Positions 9,530 to 18,554 are shown, counted from the stretch's first letter. The stretch is 37,936 nt of DNA from an uncultured Clostridia bacterium (GCA_944386205.1 CALXAE010000003.1:1-37936), one strand, 5' to 3'. Notes: a model not told the origin generated them from the sequence alone. Numbers and translations are program-made.

Positions 9530-9558
9530 ATCATATAACGAAATCCATTAATTGTCAA
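9530..9558 (-). promoter_or_regulatory. sigmaA-type promoter of minD
   Basis: TTGACA-17 nt-TATGAT on the minus strand. Confidence 0.7.
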
Positions 9559-9706
9559 TGATATTTCTTGCTAAAATTACAAAAATATTGCTAAAATATT
9601 ACAATTTGGTTACATATTTAGAAGTAACCTAAATGTTCTACGGAAACCGCTAACATTCCCTGTTTTTTTTGTTGAATTGAAAAATTACTTTTTTCTGTAC
9701 AATTTT

Positions 9707-9748
9707 AAAAATCTAGTGGTGTCTTTTTATTTTCCCCACTAGATTTTC
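9707..9748 (-). terminator. Terminator downstream of pilin-like gene
   Basis: aaaatctagtgg...ccactagatttt inverted repeat. Confidence 0.65.
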
Positions 9749-9784
9749 ATACACTTTTTATCTTTATAATTAATATTAAAATTT

Positions 9785-11239
9785 TTACTGTATTTCATGT
9801 GGATTTTCTGATGTACCCTCTTGTTGCAATATGCTGATATTTGCATTTAATGAAACTACAGGGCGAACACCATTTTCATAGACTTGATTCTGACTATAAG
9901 AATGGAATAAGTTACAATAGTTCACCTTTCCATCCCATACGCTATGCAAACCAAAGTAAGCATAGCCGCCATTCGTTAAAGTTAATTGAGATGCCAACCA
10001 ATAGTAAGCACTCGACGTTTCTGCAAACAACATATTATATGCTAATGTATTTGTATCCAAATACATTGAACCTATATAATCATAATAATTACTTGTTAAT
10101 GTTACACTATTATTATCTCCTTCTGCCGATAATATTTTCCAAATACTTCCATCATAATATTCGAACACTTTATAAGTTGATGTTCCACTTACGTTATTAC
10201 TTCCACTATATTCTATAAAATTTCCATTATTAATATATGTTACTTCATTACCATATGAATTTGTATTTGTCCCCCCTATTGATGGTTCATAACCTGTAAT
10301 ATTATTGACATCTTCTACCATAATACTTCTTGCTCCACTTGCTCCTTTTCCCTGACCATAAAGCTTACTTATTGTATCCAATTCACTTTGTCCATTTACA
10401 TATCCAGCTCGTCCACTTAAATAATAATATGTTCTTCCGTTTTCTTCTTTTCCACCACTATCTGGACCTATAGGATCTTCTGCTACTAATAAAATTTCAT
10501 TTGTATTTTCATCAACGCCCAATACTCTCCAACCATATTGATAACTTGCTAAATTAAATACTTGGTCATCTGTATGTCCAGTTTTGGTTGTTAGCGATGT
10601 ATAGCTCATAGTATTTGCTCCATCTTGTGGATTATAATCTACATAATCTCCAATCTTAAATTGTGCTATTCCATTTGTAACAATTGTTTCTCCTGCCTCG
10701 TTTGTCTCTTCATGCCAATTTTGAATTTCTTTTAAGTCAATTGTTTCATTATCCCCCTCAGTATAGTCTGTATAATACATTTTTGTTGTATCGTTTTCTC
10801 TTACACGAATTCCCTCTACATAGAAAATGTTATGACTTGTTTCATTTATAATATAAATATCTGTCAAATCAGTTAAATTTGTATAGTTTCCGTCTTTATA
10901 TTTTTCATAATCTTCTCCATAATTTAAGGTTAATCCTGATAAATACTCTAATTCAATAATTAAAAATTTTCCTGTATCATTTGCACCAATAATTCCTGCT
11001 GATTGTAAATTACTAATATCTGGATATTCTGTTTTGACTGGTATATCTCCATATTCTGCATAATAATCTGCAACTTTATCTCTTAAATTTGCAATATCAT
11101 TTTGCATATTGGTCAAATTTCTAATATAGATATTATCTCTTGCCGAATAAATAATCATTCCTGTGATTGTCAAAATAATGATGACTGCTATAGATAGCGC
11201 AATCAATGTAACACCACTTTCTTTTTTTATCATTTGCAT
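9785..11239 (-). CDS. Type IV pilin-like protein (class III signal peptide) with C-terminal DUF6273/CLec-like domain
   Basis: KKESG|VTLIALSIAVIIILTITGMII prepilin-type N-terminus (Ala rather than Glu at +5); C-terminal WRVLG...ARSI..ED.N...YWLAS...GVRPVVSL. Confidence 0.75.
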   Translation of the reverse strand: MQMIKKESGVTLIALSIAVIIILTITGMIIYSARDNIYIRNLTNMQNDIANLRDKVADYYAEYGDIPVKTEYPDISNLQSAGIIGANDTGKFLIIELEYLSGLTLNYGEDYEKYKDGNYTNLTDLTDIYIINETSHNIFYVEGIRVRENDTTKMYYTDYTEGDNETIDLKEIQNWHEETNEAGETIVTNGIAQFKIGDYVDYNPQDGANTMSYTSLTTKTGHTDDQVFNLASYQYGWRVLGVDENTNEILLVAEDPIGPDSGGKEENGRTYYYLSGRAGYVNGQSELDTISKLYGQGKGASGARSIMVEDVNNITGYEPSIGGTNTNSYGNEVTYINNGNFIEYSGSNNVSGTSTYKVFEYYDGSIWKILSAEGDNNSVTLTSNYYDYIGSMYLDTNTLAYNMLFAETSSAYYWLASQLTLTNGGYAYFGLHSVWDGKVNYCNLFHSYSQNQVYENGVRPVVSLNANISILQQEGTSENPHEIQ

Positions 11240-11268
11240 TTACCTCCAACCTTCTTTAGTATAGTTTA

Positions 11269-11982
11269 CTATGAATTGATTTTATTTTCAATAGGAATTT
11301 TTAGATTTTTACAATCTGTTTGTTTCATTTCTTTATCGATTATCTCATATAAAACCTTTCTGTTTTTGTAAATTTTATCTTCTCTTAATTGTAATACCCA
11401 TAGAAACATAATTACTAAAAATATCGCAATATTATTAATAAATAAAATACTAATACTCCCTGTAGCTGTTAATAATATTAATGCTATGTGGGATATATGG
11501 TATATGTATTCTTCTGCCTTATATTTTCCTTTCAATAAATATAATATGCCTTTTACTATTCTTCCACCATCTAACGGATAGATTGGTAATATATTAAACA
11601 AAATAAGAGTTAAATTTGAAAAAACCATAAGCATTTTATCATATGTACTAATATGTATATTTTTTATTAAACATAAAATAAGTATAATAATCCCATTTAC
11701 TAGTGGACCTGCAAAAGCTACTATTATTTTTTTTAATTCCAGTAAATTTCCTTTTCTTATTTTTTTCATATAATCTTTTCTTTTTATATTAAAATCTATG
11801 GAAACACCAAAAGGATTAATTTCTAATTTATCTGGTTTCATCCCCAATAATAGTCCTGCTAGTAAATGCCCTAGTTCATGAATGATGGCAAATACCATTA
11901 TCATCGCATACATCTTTATCTGATTAGTTATGAAAAATAAAAGCACAAACAAAAAAATTTTTAAATCTATTCTAAACTTCAT
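11269..11982 (-). CDS. spoIVFB: M50 intramembrane metalloprotease, SpoIVFB-like
   Basis: HELGH, VAFAGP, FNILPIYPLDGGR; downstream of the M23 gene. Confidence 0.85.
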   Translation of the reverse strand: MKFRIDLKIFLFVLLFFITNQIKMYAMIMVFAIIHELGHLLAGLLLGMKPDKLEINPFGVSIDFNIKRKDYMKKIRKGNLLELKKIIVAFAGPLVNGIIILILCLIKNIHISTYDKMLMVFSNLTLILFNILPIYPLDGGRIVKGILYLLKGKYKAEEYIYHISHIALILLTATGSISILFINNIAIFLVIMFLWVLQLREDKIYKNRKVLYEIIDKEMKQTDCKNLKIPIENKINS

Positions 11983-11993
11983 AGTTTCTCCCT

Positions 11994-12914
11994 CTATAAA
12001 TCTAATATCTTTTGTGGGTCTACGATCCTTTCTGATATGCGAATTTCAAAATGTAAATGTGGGCCTGTTGAATTTCCTGTCGAGCCGACTTCTGCAATCT
12101 CTTGTCCCTGTGTGACCATATCTCCTTCATTGACATATAAGGCATTACAATGTGCATAAATAATACTCACTTCTCCAATTTGAATTTTTATATGTTTTCC
12201 ATAATCGCCTTCTTCAGAAACTAAAACAACTTGCCCTTCTGTTGCAGATTTTATTTTTGTGCCTGATACTGCTGCTATATCTGTTCCTGTGTGATTTTTG
12301 GGTACACTTCCTGTTGCCGTTTCTCTATATCCATAGACCGAACTAATTGTTCCTTCTACTGGTTTTATAAAACTAGTGGTATTTTTCACATTTATAATAT
12401 CTTGTTCTTCTTGGGATAAATTTTGTTCTTCAGCTATTTCTGTTTCTTGTTCTGTCGTTTCTGTTGTTTCCTCTCCTACTGTTTCTCCCTCCTCTTCCAC
12501 TGCTCCACCAATGCCATTAGCTGTTTCATTACTTTGGCTCTCATTTGTTCCATTGTTTTGCTCTTGATTTTCATTTTCTGTTTGACTTGAAAATAGTCCC
12601 ATGAGATATTTTTTTGCATCTTCATATACTTTTGGGAAATCAATATCATAGGAAATAATTTCATTCACTTTATTGATAAAATCTTCTGAAAAAATATATT
12701 GATTATTTTGTATCGTATAAATAACAAAATATATGCAAATGCAAACGATTAGCTGAATAATCATCTTTTTTAATAATTTAACATCTTTTTTATCATTTTT
12801 TTCTTTTTGGTTTTTTTCTCTATTTACAACCGTCAATCCTTCATTTCTTTTTCGACGTTCATAGATTTCTTCTGCTCGTCTAATTCTTTCTTCTACTGTC
12901 ATCGCTCTTTCCAT
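11994..12914 (-). CDS. Membrane-anchored M23 peptidase-domain protein, SpoIVFA-like
   Basis: TM helix, acidic linker, HTGTDIA, YAHC, GSTGNSTGPHLHFEI; paired with spoIVFB. Confidence 0.8.
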   Translation of the reverse strand: MERAMTVEERIRRAEEIYERRKRNEGLTVVNREKNQKEKNDKKDVKLLKKMIIQLIVCICIYFVIYTIQNNQYIFSEDFINKVNEIISYDIDFPKVYEDAKKYLMGLFSSQTENENQEQNNGTNESQSNETANGIGGAVEEEGETVGEETTETTEQETEIAEEQNLSQEEQDIINVKNTTSFIKPVEGTISSVYGYRETATGSVPKNHTGTDIAAVSGTKIKSATEGQVVLVSEEGDYGKHIKIQIGEVSIIYAHCNALYVNEGDMVTQGQEIAEVGSTGNSTGPHLHFEIRISERIVDPQKILDL

Positions 12915-12947
12915 AATAAAAACACCTCTTCCTTGGTTTCTTGTTAC

Positions 12948-12976
12948 ACTATATGTTTGGAAGAGGTGTTTTATGC
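12948..12976 (-). promoter_or_regulatory. sigmaE-like promoter of the spoIVFA/B-like operon
   Basis: GCATAAA-14 nt-CATATAGT on the minus strand; spoIVF is sigmaE-controlled in model sporeformers. Confidence 0.7.
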
Positions 12977-13309
12977 CTATTTTATGAGTAATAATATAAA
13001 TTGCAAAAACATAATTATACTTGCCATATAAGCATACTTCTTTAATTTTTTATTCACTTTTGAATTTCCTATAACTTCTTTTTCTGAATTTTCAACTTTT
13101 TCGATATACTCCATTACTAACATTTCAGCTTCTTTAATTGCATAGTCGCTATCTCCATTTTCTCTTTCTTGCTTTTTTTCACTATTTTTGTCTATTTTTT
13201 GGAACTTTTTTATCATTTTATTAGACTTAAAAACAACATATGCTTCTTTTACAATATTAGATGGCAAATCTTTTAAAATAACCATATTTTTTAAATCGAT
13301 ATCTTCCAT
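12977..13309 (-). CDS. Hypothetical protein with C-terminal TM anchor (possibly sporulation-related)
   Basis: ATG 13309 behind AAGGAGG; MVILKDLPSNIVKEAYVVFK...AIKEAEMLV..YI; upstream GTATA...GGAAATACTG resembles a sigmaF/G promoter (spacing slightly short). Confidence 0.7.
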   Translation of the reverse strand: MEDIDLKNMVILKDLPSNIVKEAYVVFKSNKMIKKFQKIDKNSEKKQERENGDSDYAIKEAEMLVMEYIEKVENSEKEVIGNSKVNKKLKKYAYMASIIMFLQFILLLIK

Positions 13310-13473
13310 CTGTACCTCCTTCATTCTTATGTATTTGTTTACAGTATTTCCAATTTTTTTCATTTTATACAATAACAATAGCAAGCTTTTTTATAATTCA
13401 AAAAAAAGCACATCGTAAAATATGATGTACTTTTTTCCTCTTACAATTCGCTTCGATTTCCTGTGGTAATATA

Positions 13474-13743
13474 CTATTCTTCTAGGCTTTTCAAGACTTC
13501 TTCTAAAACTTTCTCTTGTTCTTCAAGCGAGAGTTCTTCATTCATAGCCTTATGAATCTTTTCTTGGATTTTTGCTGCCTCTTCAGGTGGCATTATCAAA
13601 AGTGCCGTACTTTCTGCCAGCCCTAGTTGATATGCATTCTCTGCATATTTTTGTCTGTCTGTTGGTGTATCCGAATTTTCACACCCACATAAGCTACAGC
13701 TCATTGCTACCATCATAATTCCTATTACCAACCGTTTCCTCAT
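13474..13743 (-). CDS. Small putative lipoprotein
   Basis: MRKR + hydrophobic stretch + LCGC lipobox; AGGAGG RBS; own TTGCAT-17-TATAAT promoter; terminator-like hairpin at about 13401-13436. Confidence 0.7.
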   Translation of the reverse strand: MRKRLVIGIMMVAMSCSLCGCENSDTPTDRQKYAENAYQLGLAESTALLIMPPEEAAKIQEKIHKAMNEELSLEEQEKVLEEVLKSLEE

Positions 13744-13820
13744 TTTGAAACCTCCTAATATTTTTTGTCTCTAGATTATATCAAACATACCTCCTTAATG
13801 CAAACATTTTGGATATTCAT

Positions 13821-13937
13821 TTGACAAATCTTTATAATCTGTGTATAATAATTATAGGAAATGGAGAAACCACAAAGTGGTTGCCGAGAAGAATAAAATA
13901 ACCATTCAACCCGTCAAAGCAGAATGGTTATTTTTTA
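13821..13937 (+). ncRNA. Putative small RNA (about 80 nt) with own sigmaA promoter and terminator; candidate type I antitoxin
   Basis: TTGACA(13821)-17-TATAAT(13844); hairpin aaccac-aaa-gtggtt; 13-bp terminator stem aaaataaccattc/gaatggttatttt (13895-13934); no convincing SD-led ORF. Confidence 0.6.
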
Positions 13938-14025
13938 TTGCCTATGTAGTAAATACAAGATGATGATTACTAAGGCAAAATTTATGATAGTTACACCTAC
14001 TAATCCAAAGATATGAATATTTCAT
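13935..14025 (-). pseudogene. Hydrophobic single-TM peptide frame (type I toxin-like) lacking an in-frame start
   Basis: Frame 14021-13935 reads NIHIFGLVGVTIINFALVIIILYLLHRQ* and ends at the shared terminator; ATG at 14025 is one base out of frame. Confidence 0.45.
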
Positions 14026-14145
14026 TTATCGCTTTGGTTGCTGATTTTTTACTGTTTCTATGACTATTTTCATATAGTTTATAGCCTTACAGGCAGATTG
14101 TTTAATTTTATGTACTCTTACTCTCTTAATGTTTTCGAGCATATC

Positions 14146-14970
14146 CTATGCTGATTTTAATTCAAGGCGTAGCTTGTCAGCTATCATCGCTATAAATTCT
14201 GAGTTTGTAGGCTTTCCTTTTGCAGCTGAAATAGTATAACCAAAAATATTTTCAACAACTTCTTGTTGTCCTCTTCCCCATGCTACTTCAATTGCATGAC
14301 GGATTGCTCTTTCTACGCGACTTGGCGTTGTATTAAACTTATGGGCTATTTGTGGGTACAAACTTTTGGTTATTTGATTGATGACATCAATATCATTTAC
14401 CACCATCATAATGGCTTCTCTTAAATACTGATATCCTTTAATATGTGCAGGTACACCAACTTCATGAATAATGTTTGTTACCAATGCTTCTAAGTTTTCT
14501 TCTGTTTTAGTATTGTCTGAAGATATTTCTATGTATTGTGATTTTGTTTCTCTTGCAATGAAATTATTATTTCCATTTTGGGTTGCAGGTTTATAGAATT
14601 TAAACTCTCTTATTCTTTGTATTAATACCTCGATATCAAAAGGTTTTACGACATAATATTGTGCTCCTAATTCTATGGCTCTTTGTGTTATCTTATCTTG
14701 TCCAACTGCTGATAGCATGATACAAATTGGTTTTTTTGCTATTTTTATTTTATTAATATTTTCTAATACTCCTAATCCATCTAAATGTGGCATAATTACA
14801 TCTAGTAAAATAACATCTGGTACTGTATTTGCTATAATATCTATAACTTCTGTGCCATCTTTGGCTGTTGCTATAACCTCCATATCATCTTGTGCATCAA
14901 TGTATGATGCTAATGTTTGACTAAATTCTTGATTGTCATCTGCTATTAAGACTGTAATCTTTTCTTTCAT
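14146..14970 (-). CDS. spo0A: Sporulation master regulator Spo0A
   Basis: Receiver domain ([26 protein letters not shown]) plus [16 protein letters not shown]...[15 protein letters not shown]...[17 protein letters not shown]; ATG 14970 behind GGAGG. Confidence 0.99.
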   Translation of the reverse strand: MKEKITVLIADDNQEFSQTLASYIDAQDDMEVIATAKDGTEVIDIIANTVPDVILLDVIMPHLDGLGVLENINKIKIAKKPICIMLSAVGQDKITQRAIELGAQYYVVKPFDIEVLIQRIREFKFYKPATQNGNNNFIARETKSQYIEISSDNTKTEENLEALVTNIIHEVGVPAHIKGYQYLREAIMMVVNDIDVINQITKSLYPQIAHKFNTTPSRVERAIRHAIEVAWGRGQQEVVENIFGYTISAAKGKPTNSEFIAMIADKLRLELKSA

Positions 14971-14991
14971 AATTTTTCCTCCAATTAAATA

Positions 14992-15044
14992 AATTGTAAA
15001 AATTTTACAATTCAAATTATATGCTTGGTAGGAATAATTTGCAA
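14992..15044 (-). promoter_or_regulatory. spo0A sigmaA promoter with palindrome at the transcription start
   Basis: TTGCAA(15044)-17-TATAAT(15021); perfect 10-bp inverted repeat aattgtaaaa-a-ttttacaatt at 14992-15012. Confidence 0.65.
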
Positions 15045-15083
15045 GATAAATTGGTAATTTTTTCCATTTATTTTATAAAACTC

Positions 15084-15722
15084 TTATTTTTGTATACTTT
15101 TCTCTAAATATTTTTTAGATATCTCCTTGATATCCAATAAATATATATTTTTTAATGCATAATCTTGCAATAATTTTTCTTTTTTGTCTTCTTCTATCTC
15201 TATTTTACAAACAATTTCCTCTGTATAACTAGTATCTTTTATTTTTATCTCATTCATTTTACAATAATACTTAAATTTTTCAAATTGTTGATACTCAATT
15301 TTCACTTCATATTCTATTCCTTTAACCATTTCTAAATATTCGCTTTTCTCTAAGACTTCTTGTAAGCTATCTGAGTAAGCTCTTACTAATCCACCTGTTC
15401 CTAATAATATTCCTCCAAAATACCTCGTAACAACAATTACTATATTTACTAAATTGTTTTTTTGTAAAATATTTAACATTGGTCCTCCTGCTGTTCCAGA
15501 AGGTTCTCCATCATCGCTAAATCTTTCTACAATCGTTTCATCTTCTAATACACGGTAAGCAATACAGTTATGCCTTGCATCGAAATATTGCTTTTTTATT
15601 TTTTTAATTTCTTCTTCTGCTTGTTCTTTTGATGATACTTTTATTAAATTTGCAATAAATTTTGATTTTTTAACAACAATTTCTGTTTTCATATTTTCTT
15701 TTATAGTTAAATAACAATTCAT
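15084..15722 (-). CDS. yigZ: YigZ/IMPACT family protein
   Basis: KKSKFIA, ARHNCIAY, SDDGEPSGTAG.PML, VTRYFGGILLGTGGLVRAY. Confidence 0.93.
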   Translation of the reverse strand: MNCYLTIKENMKTEIVVKKSKFIANLIKVSSKEQAEEEIKKIKKQYFDARHNCIAYRVLEDETIVERFSDDGEPSGTAGGPMLNILQKNNLVNIVIVVTRYFGGILLGTGGLVRAYSDSLQEVLEKSEYLEMVKGIEYEVKIEYQQFEKFKYYCKMNEIKIKDTSYTEEIVCKIEIEEDKKEKLLQDYALKNIYLLDIKEISKKYLEKSIQK

Positions 15723-15742
15723 TTTTTATTCCTCTTCTTTTC

Positions 15743-15895
15743 TGTCCAATTGGGGACGTTTCTTTTTGAGACATTATTATGTAAAGTTTGCCATTATAAA
15801 AAAATATAAATATAAGTGTAAAGTCATTATTATTTTTATTAATAAATAGAACTTTACATAATAATGTCTCAAAAAGAAACGTCCCCAATTGGACA
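15743..15895. repeat. REPIN/MITE-like element 1: 46-bp perfect inverted repeat with 61-nt AT-rich spacer
   Basis: tgtccaattggggacgtttctttttgagacattattatgtaaagtt (15743-15788) and its exact reverse complement (15850-15895). Confidence 0.9.
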
Positions 15896-15898
15896 AAA

Positions 15899-17203
15899 CT
15901 ACAAACCTGCCACATATCCAGTTGAATATGCTATCTGCAAATTAAATCCTCCTGTATAGCTATCTACGTCAATGATTTCTCCTGCAAAATATAATCCCTT
16001 TACTTTTTTAGATTCCATTGTTTTTGGATTTATTTCTTTGATATTAATTCCTCCACTTGTGATGATTGCTTCTTCGATTGGTCTAAATCCTTTTATAGTC
16101 ATTTCAAAGTTTTTTATAATCTTAACAAGTTCTTCTCTTTCTTTTTTTGTGATTTCATTTACTTTTTTGTCTGGCTGTATGTTGCTTTTTCGTATGATAA
16201 TTGGAATTAATTTTTGAGGTAATAATTTTTCTAAACTATTTTTAAATTGCTTATTTTTTACTTCTTCAAAGTCTCTCAAAATACGTGTATCTAATTTCTT
16301 TTCATCTAATGCTGGCTTTAAGTCTATTTTTAATATAATTTTTTTCTCTTTTAGTAATCTATCAATTTGTTTATATCTTACCAAATGTGCTGATGCACTT
16401 AAAATCGTTGGCCCTGAAACCCCAAAATGGGTAAATAGCATTTCTCCAAAGTCTTCATAAATTGTTTTATTTTTTTCTATGTCTAACAACTGTATTCCTA
16501 CATTTCTTAAACTTAACCCTTGTAACTCCTTACATTCTTGCTTTTCAAATGTTTCTAATGGTACCAATGATGGCTTTATGGCTGTTACAGTATGTCCTAA
16601 TTTTTCTGCCAATATATATCCATCTCCTGTTGAACCTGTTAATGGATAGCTTTTTCCTCCTGTTGCCAATATGACTTTGTCTGCTTGTAATATGCCATGA
16701 TTGGTCTTTACACCTGTTACTTTTTTATCAATTATTTTTTTCGACTTTTCTTTTCCATTAATATTTTCTTTATTGCTTCCATCATTTGATTTTACCAATA
16801 TTTCTGATACAGTTATATTATATCGCACTTCTATATTTAGTTCATTTATTCTTTTTGTAAAACATGCTAACACATCTATTGATTTATCTGTTACAGGGAA
16901 TATTCGATTTCCTCTTTCTTCTTTAACATCTAGCCCTTGTTGTTTTAGGAAATAAATAATATCTTTATTTGTAAATTGTTGAAAAGCACTATGTAAAAAT
17001 ATACCATTTCCAGGGGTATTTTTTATAAATTCTTCCATATCAAGTGATGAAGTGATATTACATCTTCCTTTTCCTGTAATTAATAGCTTTTTTCCTAGTT
17101 GTCCATTTTTTTCCAATATGATAACTTCATTTCCATTTTCTTTTGCAGTAATTCCTGCCATCATACCAGCAGGGCCACCACCAATGACAATTACTTTACT
17201 CAT
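15899..17203 (-). CDS. HI0933/BaiN-family NAD(P)/FAD-dependent flavoprotein
   Basis: GGGPAGMMA, GKKLLITGKGRCNIT, LATGGKSYPLTGSTGDGY, LFTHFGVSGP, TSGGI, GGFNLQIAYSTG. Confidence 0.93.
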   Translation of the reverse strand: MSKVIVIGGGPAGMMAGITAKENGNEVIILEKNGQLGKKLLITGKGRCNITSSLDMEEFIKNTPGNGIFLHSAFQQFTNKDIIYFLKQQGLDVKEERGNRIFPVTDKSIDVLACFTKRINELNIEVRYNITVSEILVKSNDGSNKENINGKEKSKKIIDKKVTGVKTNHGILQADKVILATGGKSYPLTGSTGDGYILAEKLGHTVTAIKPSLVPLETFEKQECKELQGLSLRNVGIQLLDIEKNKTIYEDFGEMLFTHFGVSGPTILSASAHLVRYKQIDRLLKEKKIILKIDLKPALDEKKLDTRILRDFEEVKNKQFKNSLEKLLPQKLIPIIIRKSNIQPDKKVNEITKKEREELVKIIKNFEMTIKGFRPIEEAIITSGGINIKEINPKTMESKKVKGLYFAGEIIDVDSYTGGFNLQIAYSTGYVAGL

Positions 17204-17218
17204 ATAAATTCCTTTCTG

Positions 17219-17321
17219 TGATGATTTGGGGACGGAGAAAAAATCATCATTCTAATTAAATTAATAAATTTATAGTATTACTTTAAGAAATGATGATTTT
17301 TTCTCCGTCCCCAAATCATCA
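17219..17321. repeat. REPIN/MITE-like element 2: 33-bp perfect inverted repeat with 37-nt spacer
   Basis: tgatgatttggggacggagaaaaaatcatcatt (17219-17251) and exact reverse complement (17289-17321); overlaps the ynbB stop codon. Confidence 0.9.
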
Positions 17322-18554
17322 TTTTTTCATCTCTTCTATTGCTTTTAATATTCCATATTTTCCGTAATCATAAGTTAAACCACCTTGCATATATGCTATA
17401 TATGGTTCTCTAATTGGTCCATCACAACTAAGTTCAATAGTTGAACCTTCTGTAAACGTTCCTGCTGCCATAATTACTTCATCTTCATATCCTCCCATTG
17501 GACTTGGCTCTGGAACTACTGAAGAATCAATTGGGGATCCTTTTTGAATTCCTTGACAGAATTTTATTAATTTTTCAGCTGTTCCTAGATGAATTGTTTG
17601 TACAATATCTGCTCTTTCTTCATTGTATTTTGGTTCTACTGTATATCCTAATTCTTCTAAAATAGCACTTGCAAATACTGCTGTTTTGACACTACTTGCT
17701 ACTACTTGTGGTGCAAAAAATAGTCCTTTTAATAAATTGGTATTTTGATTTAAAGAAGGTCCTATTTCTTTTCCAATTCCTGGTGCTGTTAATCTTTCCG
17801 CACATAATTTAATCAAATACTCTTTTCCCACAATATATGCTCCACTTGTGGCAATACCAGCACCTAAATTTTTCATTAATGACCCTACTGCAATATCTGC
17901 TCCAACTTCAATTGGTTCTCTATCTTGCACAAATTCTCCATAACAGTTATCTACCATGATAATAACTTCTTTGTTGACTTCTCTTATAGCTTTTATTGCT
18001 CTTTCAATTTTTTCTATTGTCAAACTTTCTCTTGTAGAATATCCTCTTGACCTTTGAATTTCAACTAATTTAATATCTTGTTTTGCTAATCTTTCTTTTA
18101 TTTTTTCAATATCAAAATCATTATTAACTAATTCAATTTGTTCATAATGAATTCCATAGGCTTTTAATGAACTTTCGCTTACTTCTTTTCCAATTCCAAT
18201 GACAGTTTGTAGGGTATCATATGGTGCACCTGTTATACTAAGCATAGTATCATTTGGACGCAATAATCCTGATAGGGTAATTGCTAAAGCATGTGTTCCT
18301 GAGATAAATTGCGCTCTTACTAAACTATCTTCTGCTTTAAATATTTTGGCATAGATTTCTTCTATTTTGTTTCTTCCTACTTCATCTATTCCATATCCTG
18401 TTGAACTTGCTAAGTGCATTTCTTGTAAATTACATTCTTGAAATGCCTCAATTACTTTAATACTATTTTTACTACATATTTCTTCTATTTTTTTGAATTG
18501 TGGTTCTATCTTTTTTTCTATTTTTTTTGATAATTCTAATAATTCTTGATTCAT
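17319..18554 (-). CDS. YnbB-like PLP-dependent methionine gamma-lyase family (aluminium resistance) protein
   Basis: STGYG.D..GR, SGTHAL, G.PYDTL, IQRSRGY, VDNCYGEF, GSLMKN.G.G, MAAGTF..GSTIELS.DGP. Confidence 0.9.
   Translation of the reverse strand: MNQELLELSKKIEKKIEPQFKKIEEICSKNSIKVIEAFQECNLQEMHLASSTGYGIDEVGRNKIEEIYAKIFKAEDSLVRAQFISGTHALAITLSGLLRPNDTMLSITGAPYDTLQTVIGIGKEVSESSLKAYGIHYEQIELVNNDFDIEKIKERLAKQDIKLVEIQRSRGYSTRESLTIEKIERAIKAIREVNKEVIIMVDNCYGEFVQDREPIEVGADIAVGSLMKNLGAGIATSGAYIVGKEYLIKLCAERLTAPGIGKEIGPSLNQNTNLLKGLFFAPQVVASSVKTAVFASAILEELGYTVEPKYNEERADIVQTIHLGTAEKLIKFCQGIQKGSPIDSSVVPEPSPMGGYEDEVIMAAGTFTEGSTIELSCDGPIREPYIAYMQGGLTYDYGKYGILKAIEEMKK

Noticed and set aside
14026-14073. 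15-codon minus-strand ORF MKIVIETVKNQQPKR abutting the ATG at 14025
   Set aside because: No SD and no recognisable features; likely chance.
15670-15915. 81-aa minus-strand ORF across the inverted repeat
   Set aside because: Overlaps both flanking genes, runs through the repeat element and has no SD.
15743-17321. Repeat-spacer-repeat units as a CRISPR array, or as a composite transposon around the HI0933 gene
   Set aside because: Repeats are inverted pairs rather than tandem direct repeats, no cas or transposase is present, and elements 1 and 2 share only the short core.
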